NCBI GenBank assembly: GCA_030141605.1
Contig: JAQGDQ010002388.1
Span: forward strand, 1 to 64,000
DNA: 64,000 nt
DNA from: Tubiluchus corallicola
Lineage: Eukaryota; Animalia; Priapulida
Direction: 5' to 3'
In this document: positions 48,690 to 59,926 of the stretch, in pieces
Numbering within the stretch: the stretch's first letter is position 1
Layout: the number at the start of each line of letters is the position of its first letter
Notes under the pieces: model-generated
Databases searched by the model: none
What the model was told of the DNA's origin: nothing
Seen by the model: the letters and a program-made list of their open reading frames with translations, nothing else
Position numbers and translations under genes: made by a program

Positions 48690-50813
48690 ATGGCATCTAC
48701 TTTATTTCAAAGAGAAAATACGACTTTACCACAGGGTAATGGGAATATACCTGCTTTACCTTTAAAAGCTAGGAGAGACTCTTTTTTTCTGACGGCGTGG
48801 TTTGCTGTTGCTTTTGCGAGTGGAATTGGTATTTTTTTATGGTTTCCGTATAATCCGCCTCTTTTTCCATTTTATGCAGGTTTTTTTCTTTTTTTCACAG
48901 CGGCTATTTTAGGAAGAGAGAGTCAATTTTTACGTATTTTTTTTATTTGTCTTCTTTTTTTCTCGTTTGGATTTCTGATTGCCTCTTGGCGCACGTCTTT
49001 TTTAGACACACGCCTTCTTCCTGACCCTTTAAGAAATATATGGATAAAAGCGTCTGTTGCGAAAGTCGAGCCTCACCCTTACGGGAGTCGTTTATTGCTT
49101 AGTGATTTGGCTGTGTCACGCCATGAATCGATTCCAATGCCTCAATTTGTGAGAATAACCACCCGTGATTTACAGTCGATTATCTTTCCTGGCGATATGA
49201 TCCGCACACAAGTGACTCTTCTTCCTCCTTCTTTTCCTCTTTATCCTGGCGGATTTAATTTTCGTCGTCATGCTTATTTTCAAAAAATTGGAGCTTATGG
49301 ATATGCGACAAGACCTATTTCTATGATAAACCGTTCTGAACAGGCGTGTTCTTTTTCCTGTTATCTTGCAAAGGTGCGTTATAAAATCGGTGAGCGTATC
49401 AGTAGAAACCTTCCTCATGAGCGAGGAGATATTGCCAGAATTTTTATTACCGGAGAGCGCTCGATTCTTCCGAATCAGACTTATGAGCAGATTCAGCAAT
49501 CGGGGCTGGCGCATATTCTAGCGATTTCAGGTTTACATATTGGTCTTGTTGCTGTAAGTGTTTTTAGTGCTTTAAGGTTTATACTGGCTCTTGTTCCTTT
49601 TCTCGCTTTAAATTATCCGATAAAAAAATGGTCTGCTATTATTGCTATGTGTGTGACTGTGTGCTGGACGCTTTTAGCGGGAGCACCGCATTCTGCCATT
49701 CGGGCTTGTATTATGACGTCTGTTATGTTTATAGCGATTCTTTGTGATCGGAAGGCTATTTCTATCCATACGCTTTCTTTAGCGGCGATTCTTATTCTTG
49801 TGTTATGGCCAGAGAGTTTACTTTCGCCGAGTTTTCAGCTTTCTTTTTCAGCGACAGCTTCATTAATTATTTTTTGGGATCGTTATTCCTTCCGGATTAT
49901 TGGTAATTCGTCACATTTTTTTCTAAGGAATTTTATTCAAAAGCCGATAGCGATTATCATAGCAACGCTTGTCACCACTTTAGCCACAACGCCTATTGCT
50001 TTTTGGCAATTTGGTTTTATTGCCAAGTGGGGTATTATTTCCAATATTATTGCTATTCCTATTGCCTCTCTGATTATTATGCCCTGTGCGCTTGCCGCTA
50101 TTTTTTTGATGCCGCTAGGTTTTGAGAAATTTCCTTTGATGGGGATGGAGTTTGGTATTGATATTATTTTAAAAACAGCGCGTTATGTCGCATCGATTCC
50201 TGAGACAACTTTGATGCTTCCGCAGATTTCCTTATGGGCGACTCTTCTTCTGGTTTTTTTCATGCTTTGTTTTTTTCTTATTTCCGGTAAAGTGCGCTAT
50301 GCTGCTTTTCTTTTTCTGCTTCCTCTTATATTTTTTCCTTCTATGATTATTGCTCCTGTCGCTGATATTTTCATCAACGAAAACGGGCGACTGATGGCTT
50401 TTCATTCGGGAGATAAATTTTACTTTTCTTCTTTAAGACGCGAGAAATTCACACAAAAAGCATGGGGGCAGAAAGCAGGAATAAAAGACAATAATATTGT
50501 CTCTTGGAAAGACTCTTCTTCTCCTGTTATATGTGAGGAGGTTTTCTGTAGGTTAACGTTTAAAAACCACTCTATTGTATTTTTACCCGATGCAGAAACG
50601 TTATCTGACGCATGCCCTAGCACCGATATTTTCATCGCGCCTTTTCTCTCTCGTTTAACCTGCAGTGCCGATACTGTTATCGGCAAGGAGGATATTTTTG
50701 AAAATGGAGCTCATGTTCTTTTTATACATGATGATAAAATCATTGTTGAAAATACAAAGGGGCAAAAGGAAACACGGCCATGGAACAGTTTGGATTTTGT
50801 TCAAAAAAAATAA
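48690..50813 (+). CDS. comEC: ComEC/Rec2 competence membrane protein
   Basis: GLAHILAISGLH, SAIRA, PSFQLSF, many TMs. Confidence 0.92.
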   Translation: MASTLFQRENTTLPQGNGNIPALPLKARRDSFFLTAWFAVAFASGIGIFLWFPYNPPLFPFYAGFFLFFTAAILGRESQFLRIFFICLLFFSFGFLIASWRTSFLDTRLLPDPLRNIWIKASVAKVEPHPYGSRLLLSDLAVSRHESIPMPQFVRITTRDLQSIIFPGDMIRTQVTLLPPSFPLYPGGFNFRRHAYFQKIGAYGYATRPISMINRSEQACSFSCYLAKVRYKIGERISRNLPHERGDIARIFITGERSILPNQTYEQIQQSGLAHILAISGLHIGLVAVSVFSALRFILALVPFLALNYPIKKWSAIIAMCVTVCWTLLAGAPHSAIRACIMTSVMFIAILCDRKAISIHTLSLAAILILVLWPESLLSPSFQLSFSATASLIIFWDRYSFRIIGNSSHFFLRNFIQKPIAIIIATLVTTLATTPIAFWQFGFIAKWGIISNIIAIPIASLIIMPCALAAIFLMPLGFEKFPLMGMEFGIDIILKTARYVASIPETTLMLPQISLWATLLLVFFMLCFFLISGKVRYAAFLFLLPLIFFPSMIIAPVADIFINENGRLMAFHSGDKFYFSSLRREKFTQKAWGQKAGIKDNNIVSWKDSSSPVICEEVFCRLTFKNHSIVFLPDAETLSDACPSTDIFIAPFLSRLTCSADTVIGKEDIFENGAHVLFIHDDKIIVENTKGQKETRPWNSLDFVQKK

Positions 50814-50932
50814 AAATTTATAATGACCTTTGTAATAAAAATAGATACTATTAAGGGGGATTTTCCTCTTATATTATGTTGTATATGCGGAAAGGGGAAA
50901 AAGGGTATAAAAAAAGGATAAAGGAGAAAATT

Positions 50933-51970
50933 ATGCCTCTTGTTTCTATGCGTCAACTTCTTGATCATGCTGCCGAGCATCATTATGGGCATCCTGCATT
51001 TAACGTCAGTAACATTGAGCAAATTCATGCTGTATTTTCAGCGGCTTCTCATGTGGAAGCGCCTGTTATCATGCAATTTAGCCGCAGTGCAAGACAGTAT
51101 ATGAAAGACAGTTTTATCAAAGAGATTATCTGTGCGATCAGTGAAGAATATCCTTCTGTTCCTTTTGCTGTCCATCAGGATCATGGTAATTCTTTACAGA
51201 CTTGTTTATCAGCTATTCAGGCGGGTTTTTCTTCTGTTATGATGGATGGTTCGCTGGAATCGGATGGAAAGACTCCTTCTTCCTTTGACTATAATGTTTC
51301 TGTTACCCGTGAGATTGTTGAGGCTGCGCATGGTGTCGGTGTTTCTGTGGAGGGGGAACTTGGTATCTTAGGATCTTTAGAGACTGGAGAGGGCGAGAAA
51401 GAAGATGGCCATGGCTTTGAAGGAAAGCTTTCCCGTGAGGCTCTATTAACAGACCCTCTGGAAGCGGAAGAATTTGTCAAGAAAACAAATGTTGACGCTT
51501 TAGCGGTTGCTTTAGGAACATCTCATGGAGCATATAAATTCTCTCGTAAGCCTGATAGTGAAATTTTAGCGATTGATCGTATTGCGGAGATTAACTCCCG
51601 TTTGCCCAATACGCATTTAGTGATGCATGGTTCGTCTTCTGTTCCTCAGGAAATACAGGATAAAATCAATAGCCATGGTGGCTCTATACCGCAGACATTT
51701 GGTGTTCCTACGGAAGAAATTCAGCGTAGTATTAAGAACGGTGTCCGGAAAGTTAATATTGATACGGATTTAAGAATGGCTTTTACGGCGGCTATTCGTG
51801 AGCATTTTGTTCAAAAGCCGGCTGATTTTGATGTCAGGAAATATTTAGGGATTGCTTCTGAGGCGATGCGTGCTCTTTGTGAACAGCGTTATCATGAATT
51901 TGGGTGTGTTGGAAAATCTCCTTCTATTAAGCCAAAAAATTTAAGAACAATGGTTCATTTTTACAGTTAA
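50933..51970 (+). CDS. fba: Class II fructose-bisphosphate aldolase
   Basis: HQDHG, SVMMDGS, EGELG, GTSHGAYKF, MHGSSS, KVNIDTD. ATG at 50933 after AAGGAG. Confidence 0.96.
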   Translation: MPLVSMRQLLDHAAEHHYGHPAFNVSNIEQIHAVFSAASHVEAPVIMQFSRSARQYMKDSFIKEIICAISEEYPSVPFAVHQDHGNSLQTCLSAIQAGFSSVMMDGSLESDGKTPSSFDYNVSVTREIVEAAHGVGVSVEGELGILGSLETGEGEKEDGHGFEGKLSREALLTDPLEAEEFVKKTNVDALAVALGTSHGAYKFSRKPDSEILAIDRIAEINSRLPNTHLVMHGSSSVPQEIQDKINSHGGSIPQTFGVPTEEIQRSIKNGVRKVNIDTDLRMAFTAAIREHFVQKPADFDVRKYLGIASEAMRALCEQRYHEFGCVGKSPSIKPKNLRTMVHFYS

Positions 51971-52001
51971 TTTTTTAACGCTTTTCAGGAAGACACTCTT
52001 T

Positions 52002-53072
52002 ATGAAGATTGCCATTGTTTTGCCGCGTAACTTACATTTTAGCGCGATTGCGCCAACTTCTATAGATACGGTGGCGCGCCATTTCGCAGAAAACAGCGAA
52101 TATCGTTCTGATATTCGTGTTTTTTGCACGCATTCCGATGGAACGATTGACTCTTTGGATGTTTGCACGATTGCGCCGCAGAAGCGTTGGCTCTCGGCTC
52201 TTCTTGTTTCTTTAAGAGCGTTTCAACCTGATCTTATAGAGGTTCATCAGCATGTCCCTTCTGCGGCATGGATTGCTCGAAATTATGTAGACTGCCCTGT
52301 TGTTTGCTTTCGACATAATCATTCTAAGCCGCCTTCTTTGTTGAAGCGTTATTTTATTAAATATCGAAGGCTTATGCCTCTTGCGCATTTTATTTTTGTG
52401 AGTGATTTTTGCCGTAGCCAATTTATCGATCTTTTCCCAGAGTTTCAAAAAAAGGCGTCAACAGTTTATAATGCGATTCCTATCACGCCTTGGCTTGGCA
52501 GTCCTAGCAGCAAGGAAAATATTATTGCTTTTTCAGGGCGACTGGATGAAAAGAAGGGTGTAGAGCCTTTTGCCCAGGCGTTAGCGTATTTCCTTCCTCA
52601 TTCACCCGAGTGGAAAGCTGTTCTTATAACCTCTATCAGTAAAAGCGGAACTTCTCTTGAGAAGAGAGTTGAGAAAATTTTAAAACCTCTTCAGCATCAA
52701 GTTCGCTGGTATAAAAACAGCCCTCCTTCTCAGGTTCAAGAAATTATGAAACGTGTTTCCATTATGGTGATACCCAGCGCACACGAATCTTTTGGTCTTG
52801 TTGCTTTAGAAAGCCATATAGCGGGCGCCGCTATCATCAGCTCCGGTGTTGGTGGTTTAAGGGAGGTCAGCCAAGAGAATGCGTTTTATCTTACAGAAAT
52901 AACCTCCAGAGGGATCGTGCATTCTCTTGAAGTATTAACGGCTGATTCAGCGCTGCGAAATCGTTTGCAAACGCAAGGGCAACAGTATGTTTTCAAAGCT
53001 TTTTCTATTGCAGCTCAGGCTAAAAAACTCGATACAATTCGGCAGGAAATCTGCTTTACTCATAAGCGATAA
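52002..53072 (+). CDS. GT4-family glycosyltransferase
   Basis: FSGRLDEKKG, PSAHESFGLVALE, GGLREV. Confidence 0.88.
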   Translation: MKIAIVLPRNLHFSAIAPTSIDTVARHFAENSEYRSDIRVFCTHSDGTIDSLDVCTIAPQKRWLSALLVSLRAFQPDLIEVHQHVPSAAWIARNYVDCPVVCFRHNHSKPPSLLKRYFIKYRRLMPLAHFIFVSDFCRSQFIDLFPEFQKKASTVYNAIPITPWLGSPSSKENIIAFSGRLDEKKGVEPFAQALAYFLPHSPEWKAVLITSISKSGTSLEKRVEKILKPLQHQVRWYKNSPPSQVQEIMKRVSIMVIPSAHESFGLVALESHIAGAAIISSGVGGLREVSQENAFYLTEITSRGIVHSLEVLTADSALRNRLQTQGQQYVFKAFSIAAQAKKLDTIRQEICFTHKR

Positions 53073-53101
53073 CAGCTTTATTTTTTTCGCCACTGGCAGA
53101 T

Positions 53102-56100
53102 TTAGCTACAGCCGTTTGTTTCCCCACAGGTCATGCATTTCAAGCATGTTCCATTACGCACAAGAGTAAAATGGCCACATGCTGTACAAGGGTCGCCTTC
53201 ATACCCTTTTATACGTGCTTCATGAATTTTTTCCGCCAAATTGCTCTGAGAGACTTCTGTTTGGACAATGGCGTCTTGCTTTATCGTTTTTTTATTTTCG
53301 TTTTGGTTATTGTCTTGTGTATTTTGGTTAAGTGCTAGTTGCGCTGTTGCGTTTTTCATTTGGGTAAAGAATTCTGTGTAATGTTCATTTCCGGGAATTT
53401 TCTCATTAAATTTCTGACGGATATATCCTTGGCTGATATAGTGGCTAAACCCGTTTATTTCGTTCCCGCTTTCTTTTTCTGTTAAGCGGTCGGGAGAAAA
53501 TTCATGAGAGATCAAATCATGGGCTAAATCGTCTCTCCCTAGATAAGAAACGGCAAGTTCTCTAAAAATATAGTCAATGATGGATGTCGCCATTTTAATG
53601 GCTTTATTTCCTTCGACGATTCCAGATGGCTCGAAGCGAACGAATGTAAATGAATCGACAAATTCATCAAGAGGAACGCCGTATTGCAAGCCGATAGAAA
53701 CCGCGATAGCGAAATTATTCATCAGGCTACGGAAAGCGGCGCCTTCTTTATGCATATCGATAAAGACTTCTGCGAGAGAGCCGTCATCAAATTCACCTGT
53801 ATGGAGATAGACTTTATGTCCCCCTATTCTGGCTTTTTGTGTATAGCCTCTTCGGCGTGCTGGCGGGCGCTTTCTATGGGAACGCTCAAGGAGCTGGCTA
53901 GTTGCTTTCTGTGCAATTCGAACTGATTTTTCGACGGAGTTTTCTATTATTTCCTCTTCCTGTGTAAAGATATCATCGACAAGAGCAGCGCTTAAAGGTT
54001 GAGAAAGCTTAGATCCGTCACGATAGAGCGCATTGGCTTTCAGACCGAGTTTCCAAGAAAGCATATAAGCCTTTTTGCATTCATCGACCGTCGCAGTAGA
54101 GGGCATATTAATTGTTTTAGAGATTGCGCCTGTAATGAAGGGTTGTGCCGCGGCCATCATACGAATATGGCTTTTGACGGAAAGAAAGCGTTTTCCTGTG
54201 CGTCCACAAGGAGATGCGCATTCAAAAATAGAGAGATCTTCTTCTTTCAAGTGTGGCGCGCCTTCGACAGTCATTGTTCCGCAGACATAATTATTGGCGG
54301 CGTCGATTTCTTCCTGAGAATATCCGAGATAATTAAGCATATTGAAGGAAATATCATCGAGTAAATTGGGCGCTATTCCCAGAGTTTCCTGGCAGAATTT
54401 TTCTCCGAGGGTCCATTTATTGAAAGCAAATTTAATATCGAATGCATCTTTCAAGGCTTGTTCTATTGCTTTTATTTCTTTTTTACCGAATTTTTTCTCT
54501 TTTAATGAGTCATGATTAATTGCCGGTGAGCCTTTTAGAGTCCCTCGCCCGACGGCCCATTTAACAATATCGTCTATTTCCGTGTCACGGTAGCCTTTTT
54601 GTTCTAAGGCGAGTGGCACCATGCGGTTGATAATTCGGAAATAGCCTCCTCCTGCGAGTTTTTTAAATTTGACAAGAGCGAAATCGGGTTCGATTCCTGT
54701 TGTGTCGCAATCCATGACCAGCCCGATTGTTCCGGTAGGAGCTAGGACCGTTGTCTGAGCATTTCGATAGCCGTATTTTTCTCCCATTTCTAGGGCGCGA
54801 TCCCACGCTTTTTGGGCGGCTTTTACCAAATTTTTATCGGGGCATGCCTCGCTGTCTAAAGGAACAGGAGGAATGGAAAGACCTTCATAGCCTTCATTTT
54901 TTCCATAAGCAGCTCGTTGATGATTTCGGATAACTCGTAGCATGTTTGCTTTATTTTTTTTGAATTTTTTAAAGGTGCCTAAATATTCAGCCATTTCCGC
55001 AGAGGTCGCGTAAGCGACTGCGGTCATCAGAGCTGTAATTGTAGCGCAAATTGCTCTTCCTTTCGAGGAATCGTATGGAATGGCAGAAGCCATTAGATAG
55101 CCACCGATATTGGCATATCCCAGCCCCAATGTTCGAAAATCGTATGAGAGTTGAGCGACATTTTGGGAAGGATATTGCGCCATCGCGACAGAAATTTCCA
55201 AAGCGATTGTCCAAAGGCGCACGGCATGTTCAAATGCCGGCACGTTAAAATTCCCGTTATCATGGCGGAAGAAAGAAAGGTTTAAAGAAGCGAGGTTACA
55301 GGCTGTGTCATCCAGGAACATATATTCCGAGCATGGATTAGAAGCGTTAATACGTCCACTTTCGGGGCATGTATGCCATTCATTAATAGTTGTGTCAAAC
55401 TGTAGTCCGGGATCTGCGCATGACCATGCGGCAAAGGCAATTTTGTCCCATAGATCTGGAGCGGAAACTGTTTTCGAGACTTTTCCGTTTGAGCGCCATG
55501 TCAGATTCCAAGATTGATTATCGAGAACATTTTGAAGAAACTGGTGTGTTACGCGTACGGAATTATTGGAATTTTGTCCAGAAACTGTCACATAGGCCTC
55601 AGAATCCCAATCGCTATTTAAAATTGGAAAATCAATTTCCTTATAGCCTTGTTCAGCCAATTGTATTGCTCTAAAGATATAATTTTCCGAGACTCCCAGT
55701 TGGCGAGCTTTATGAGCAATTTTTTTCAACAGAGGGTTTGAAACGATATCAAAATTTTCTTTTCCTTTTTCATATCCTGCATGGCATGCTTTTATAATTT
55801 CATTCACATAATAATGAGAGATACGAGAGCCTGTTACCAAAGAGGCGACTTTTTGTTCTTCCTTCACTTTCCAGTCGATAAAAGCCTCTATATCGGGATG
55901 GTCGACATCTACCACGACCATTTTAGCGGCTCTTCGTGTTGTTCCTCCTGATTTAATTGCGCCGGCGGCACGATCTCCGACGGCCAGAAAGCTCATTAAT
56001 CCGGAGGAATATCCTCCTCCGGACAGGGATTCTCCTTGCGCGCGTACTTTAGAGAAATTGCTTCCCGTGCCGGAGCCATATTTAAACAGGCGCGCTTCTC

Positions 56101-56755
56101 GGAGCCATAGATCCATGATTCCGCCTTCGTTGACCAGATCGTCTTTGATGCTTTGGATAAAGCATGCATGGGGTTGTGGATGTTTATATGCGCTTTCAGA
56201 ACGTTTTAACTTTCCGCTTTTAATATCCACATAGTAATGTCCTTGTGGAGGGCCATCGATTCCATATGCCCAGTGCAATCCTGTATTAAACCATTGTGGT
56301 GAATTGGGCGCAGCAGCTTGCTTACAGAGCATATAGCGCATTTCATCATAGTAAGCGGATGCGTCTTTATCAGTATTAAAGTATCCGCCTTTCCATCCCC
56401 AGTAAACCCATGCGCCAACAATCCTGTCAAAGACCTGTTTTGCGCTTGTTTCTCCGACATAGCGTTGATCTTCCGGATATTTTTCCAGCTCTTCCTGATC
56501 GGGGACTCTTCGCTGAATCCATAGAGGAACGGAACGTTCTTTTACAGGTTTCAGTGCCGCGGGTATTCCTGTTCTTCGGAAATATTTTTGCGCTAAAATA
56601 TCCACAGCAACCTGCGACCAGGAAGCAGGTACTTCTATATTCTCCTGATAAAAGACAACACTTCCGTCGGGATTTCTAATTTCGCTAGAGACTTTTTTAA
56701 ACTCGATAGAATCATAAGCTCCACCGAAGACTGTAAAAAAACTTGATATTTTCAC
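53102..56755 (-). CDS. nrdJ: Vitamin B12-dependent (class II) ribonucleotide reductase
   Basis: [36 protein letters not shown]-terminal Cys-rich ribbon; GTG start overlaps upstream TGA. Confidence 0.96.
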   Translation of the reverse strand: MKISSFFTVFGGAYDSIEFKKVSSEIRNPDGSVVFYQENIEVPASWSQVAVDILAQKYFRRTGIPAALKPVKERSVPLWIQRRVPDQEELEKYPEDQRYVGETSAKQVFDRIVGAWVYWGWKGGYFNTDKDASAYYDEMRYMLCKQAAAPNSPQWFNTGLHWAYGIDGPPQGHYYVDIKSGKLKRSESAYKHPQPHACFIQSIKDDLVNEGGIMDLWLREARLFKYGSGTGSNFSKVRAQGESLSGGGYSSGLMSFLAVGDRAAGAIKSGGTTRRAAKMVVVDVDHPDIEAFIDWKVKEEQKVASLVTGSRISHYYVNEIIKACHAGYEKGKENFDIVSNPLLKKIAHKARQLGVSENYIFRAIQLAEQGYKEIDFPILNSDWDSEAYVTVSGQNSNNSVRVTHQFLQNVLDNQSWNLTWRSNGKVSKTVSAPDLWDKIAFAAWSCADPGLQFDTTINEWHTCPESGRINASNPCSEYMFLDDTACNLASLNLSFFRHDNGNFNVPAFEHAVRLWTIALEISVAMAQYPSQNVAQLSYDFRTLGLGYANIGGYLMASAIPYDSSKGRAICATITALMTAVAYATSAEMAEYLGTFKKFKKNKANMLRVIRNHQRAAYGKNEGYEGLSIPPVPLDSEACPDKNLVKAAQKAWDRALEMGEKYGYRNAQTTVLAPTGTIGLVMDCDTTGIEPDFALVKFKKLAGGGYFRIINRMVPLALEQKGYRDTEIDDIVKWAVGRGTLKGSPAINHDSLKEKKFGKKEIKAIEQALKDAFDIKFAFNKWTLGEKFCQETLGIAPNLLDDISFNMLNYLGYSQEEIDAANNYVCGTMTVEGAPHLKEEDLSIFECASPCGRTGKRFLSVKSHIRMMAAAQPFITGAISKTINMPSTATVDECKKAYMLSWKLGLKANALYRDGSKLSQPLSAALVDDIFTQEEEIIENSVEKSVRIAQKATSQLLERSHRKRPPARRRGYTQKARIGGHKVYLHTGEFDDGSLAEVFIDMHKEGAAFRSLMNNFAIAVSIGLQYGVPLDEFVDSFTFVRFEPSGIVEGNKAIKMATSIIDYIFRELAVSYLGRDDLAHDLISHEFSPDRLTEKESGNEINGFSHYISQGYIRQKFNEKIPGNEHYTEFFTQMKNATAQLALNQNTQDNNQNENKKTIKQDAIVQTEVSQSNLAEKIHEARIKGYEGDPCTACGHFTLVRNGTCLKCMTCGETNGCS

Positions 56756-57207
56756 TTGTTTTTTCCGATATTATAAATGTTACTGTTATTATCTTCTTGC
56801 TGTTCATCAATTTTCAGACATTCTAAAATACGCAAATCATAGATACTATGTTCCATTGCGGATATAGATGGGCTTGAAGAAAACATCCATCCTGTAAAAA
56901 CAGTTTTTCTTTCCTGTTTAAGACTGCGCTCATAGACTTCAAGAAACGCGCCATTTTCTGGTGTTTGTATGGGGCTATTTTTATGACAACGCCGCATGAT
57001 AATCACCAAAGAGTTGAATATGACCTCTTGATCAATCGGGACGATAATTTCAGAGGTCCGAGCAGTTATTTTATCAAGGCCTTGTACAAGCACCGCATTA
57101 AAGTCAATGGGGTTCCATTCTTCTCCATAGAGAGGTGAAAGCGTGCCGCAGAAAGTAAAAAGAAAAAAGAAAAAAAGTATTTTCAGATATGAGTTAATTT
57201 TATACAT
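56752..57207 (-). CDS. DUF2155-domain exported protein
   Basis: [27 protein letters not shown]. Confidence 0.88.
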   Translation of the reverse strand: MYKINSYLKILFFFFLFTFCGTLSPLYGEEWNPIDFNAVLVQGLDKITARTSEIIVPIDQEVIFNSLVIIMRRCHKNSPIQTPENGAFLEVYERSLKQERKTVFTGWMFSSSPSISAMEHSIYDLRILECLKIDEQQEDNNSNIYNIGKNK

Positions 57208-57217
57208 GTGTTTTTAT

Positions 57218-57664
57218 TTAATTTCCCGTTGCCAGAAAAATAACATTGGATAAGAGATCTTCGATCGCCTGATAATCTTTTGTTTTTTTAATTTTTTCTC
57301 CGGAAGCAAGGGGGATTTTTTCCTGCCCGGGATGTAATCTGACATATTTCGCGCCCATAAAGCCATCATCACTGATCTGAGCGAGTGTATCTTGTGGAAG
57401 ATCGATAGTTGAAAAAATTGCCATGGAGACAACGGCTTCCCATGTATCTGTATCTAGTTTTTTATCGACGACGGCGCCAACTTTTACGCCATTTACTCTG
57501 ACATCGTTTCCAATTTTAAGGCCGCCGATTTTATTAAAAGAGGCTTGTATCAGGTAGCTGTCGCTTGTTTCATACTGTGTTACTTTCCAGGCGAAGGCAA
57601 TAAAGAAAACTGTTACTGCCAGCACAACAACGCCCAAAATTGTTTCAATAAGACTGCGTTGCAT
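57218..57664 (-). CDS. mlaD: MlaD/MCE-family protein
   Basis: ETILG TM, IGGLKIGNDVRVNGVKVG, GFMGAKY. Confidence 0.85.
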   Translation of the reverse strand: MQRSLIETILGVVVLAVTVFFIAFAWKVTQYETSDSYLIQASFNKIGGLKIGNDVRVNGVKVGAVVDKKLDTDTWEAVVSMAIFSTIDLPQDTLAQISDDGFMGAKYVRLHPGQEKIPLASGEKIKKTKDYQAIEDLLSNVIFLATGN

Positions 57665-58131
57665 TATTGTTCCTCAACTTTTCTTTTTGCGCTTCCTTCC
57701 TCGATGATTTTTTCGATGATATCACCAAGGACCATAGCGCTTTGCGTATAGGTGATTGTTTCCATAGGCCCAAGGAACAGATCTTCCATTCCCAAATCAA
57801 TTTCTATAGCTTTTGCTCCTAATAATCCTTCTGTATAAATCGTCGCATAACTATCGATAGGAAGAGAGATTGTTTTTTGAACAGCGATTGTAACAAGAGC
57901 GTTAAAATAGCTATCCAGCGTCATATTTGTTACAGATCCGACCTTCACGCCACTGATCCGGACAGGGTCATCAATCCTCAGACCGTCGGCCTGATCAAAA
58001 ATAACATTATAGAAGGTGTAGTTTCCTCGTGCGGCTGTTTTTACTTCTGGCACCCATGACAGTGCCGCCCATAGAATAAAGGCAAATAAAAATAGCACGC
58101 CAATGGTAATTTCTTTTATTTCTTTTGTCAT
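57664..58131 (-). CDS. Second MlaD/MCE-family protein
   Basis: EITIG TM, DGLRIDDPVRISGVKVG, GLLGAK, YTQS. Confidence 0.85.
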   Translation of the reverse strand: MTKEIKEITIGVLFLFAFILWAALSWVPEVKTAARGNYTFYNVIFDQADGLRIDDPVRISGVKVGSVTNMTLDSYFNALVTIAVQKTISLPIDSYATIYTEGLLGAKAIEIDLGMEDLFLGPMETITYTQSAMVLGDIIEKIIEEGSAKRKVEEQ

Positions 58132-58170
58132 ATTAATGATATAAACTACGTTATTTTTTTGGATAGTGAT

Positions 58171-58512
58171 TTATGCCGATTCGGAATCTGGGCTCCAAGG
58201 AGTGTATCGTTTATTTTTCTGCTGATTTGCTTCATAGGAGTAAGCATATAGCGTTCCTGAGAGATTCGGGAGATGTTCTTGCCTCCATTCCGGAGCCTCT
58301 TGGTTACTAAGTGGAGTATCAACAGTATGGTTAAGCCACATACGCCATTCCGGAGGAACTTTTGAGGCTTCTTTAATCCCTTTATAGATAACCCATCTTC
58401 TCTCTCTTCCCCATAATTTCGCTCGGCTGGAATGATAATAGCGATTTCCGAAATGATCTTCTCCGATCATTTTTCCAAAAAGGCGTGTATAAACGAATGT
58501 TCCAATATCCAT
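58171..58512 (-). CDS. NADH:ubiquinone oxidoreductase NDUFA12 (17.2 kDa)-family protein
   Basis: GEDHFGNRYY, RRWVIY, VPPEWRMWLNH, PNLSGT. Confidence 0.92.
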   Translation of the reverse strand: MDIGTFVYTRLFGKMIGEDHFGNRYYHSSRAKLWGRERRWVIYKGIKEASKVPPEWRMWLNHTVDTPLSNQEAPEWRQEHLPNLSGTLYAYSYEANQQKNKRYTPWSPDSESA

Positions 58513-58899
58513 AAGATTCCTTACCCCTTTTTCGTAACAGTTTACTAACAGATAAAAATTATCCTAACCTCTTCTATTTTAGTATTATTTTCTTCTGATC
58601 AAAACGTTAACAAAGTAAAGAATTATAAAAATCAGAAGGTTATAAGTGCCGCTCATGCAGAAGATTTTATTATTCTACAGGAGAGTAGTCTAATATCAAC
58701 TAAAATCTTAAGCTCTTTTGAAGATATTGTCAGTAAAATTTTTCTGCGGCTGTTGTATTTATGGCTTAAAGCGCGGCACTTTCTTTCGGTGAGTGTGTTT
58801 AAAAAATTTGATTTAATCTTTCTTTAAGCTTACTATTATTTTCAAGTAGCGTTAACCATCTTTATAGTCAATGAATTTTTCTATAAAAGCGGCTATTTA

Positions 58900-59664
58900 C
58901 TAAGAGAGCCCTCTACTTCCTGAAAGATTTTTTGTAGAAAAGTGCCTCACTTTTTCCAGGGCGGTTTTAGTCATTTTGTCTAGGGTTTTTTTCGATATTC
59001 TGACTGTGGGTCCTGAGATTCCTACTGCTGCGATAATGCTCCCTTGCTCATTAAATAGAGGAAGGCCAACACACCGAATACCCAAGGCATATTCTTCATC
59101 GTCAATTGCATATCCTCTTTGAGCGATACTTTTAATGTGTCTGTTTAGATTTTCTTTGCAACCAATTGTAAATTCTGTGTATTTTTTAAGCTCTTTTATG
59201 TTTTCTAACAGAAATGGCTCAAAGGCCAGGAAGGTTTTTCCCAATGCTGTGCAGTGGAGTGGTGCGAAGCTACCGATATCATGTTCAACTTTAAGGATAT
59301 GATCCGATAAGACACGTTCTATATAGAAAGCTTTATTTCCCACTCTAACAGCGCAGTATACTGTTTCCCCTGTTATTTCCTGCAGATTCTGTAGTAACTG
59401 AGTGGCACTATCTTTGACTTGCTCAAAGTCAAACATATTACTGCTTTGGTGATATTTAGAGGGGTTTACAAAAAGACCAGAAGAAAAATAGCGTTTATTT
59501 TCTCTTGTAAGGGAGCCGCAATCCTGCAGTGTTTTTAAAATTTTAGAAGCATAGCTTCGGCTGATATTGAAATATTCCGCGACATCTGTTATTCGCATCC
59601 CCTCTTTAGAGTTTACAATAAGCTTCAATATTTTCAGACTGGTTCCAACAGATTTTATTGACAA
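58900..59664 (-). CDS. IclR-family transcriptional regulator
   Basis: N-terminal HTH, PLHCTALGK, GYAIDDEE..GIRC; TTG start after AGGAG. Confidence 0.93.
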   Translation of the reverse strand: MSIKSVGTSLKILKLIVNSKEGMRITDVAEYFNISRSYASKILKTLQDCGSLTRENKRYFSSGLFVNPSKYHQSSNMFDFEQVKDSATQLLQNLQEITGETVYCAVRVGNKAFYIERVLSDHILKVEHDIGSFAPLHCTALGKTFLAFEPFLLENIKELKKYTEFTIGCKENLNRHIKSIAQRGYAIDDEEYALGIRCVGLPLFNEQGSIIAAVGISGPTVRISKKTLDKMTKTALEKVRHFSTKNLSGSRGLS

Positions 59665-59926
59665 TAAAAGCTCCTAATTTTTTATATCGTGCGATCATTC
59701 CCTAAATTTAAATAAAAAAACTCTATTTGTAAACAATTATTTCTTTTTCTTTCTGTTTTTATTTAAATGTTGACATATAGATAATTTTCTGAAACTCTAA
59801 ATAAAGGATCCATAGTGTATCAGCAAAGGATAGTATTGTTGATTTTTCTTATCTGTTTTGTTGGTTCATGGCATTAATTTGTTGGTATATGCGGGAGGCT
59901 TTTGCTGACATGTTAGGAGGCTTGTT

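Noticed and set aside
50890-50930. Repeated AAAGG units upstream of fba
   Set aside because: Low-complexity purine run; only the last unit is needed as an RBS and nothing else supports a function
53102-56755. Intein or intron in nrdJ
   Set aside because: Continuous ORF of the usual alpha NrdJ size with no splice-junction or endonuclease motifs seen
57218-58131. Tandem mlaD genes as a novel duplication
   Set aside because: The copies are highly diverged and, as I recall, paired mlaD genes next to NDUFA12 and DUF2155 occur in related alphaproteobacteria
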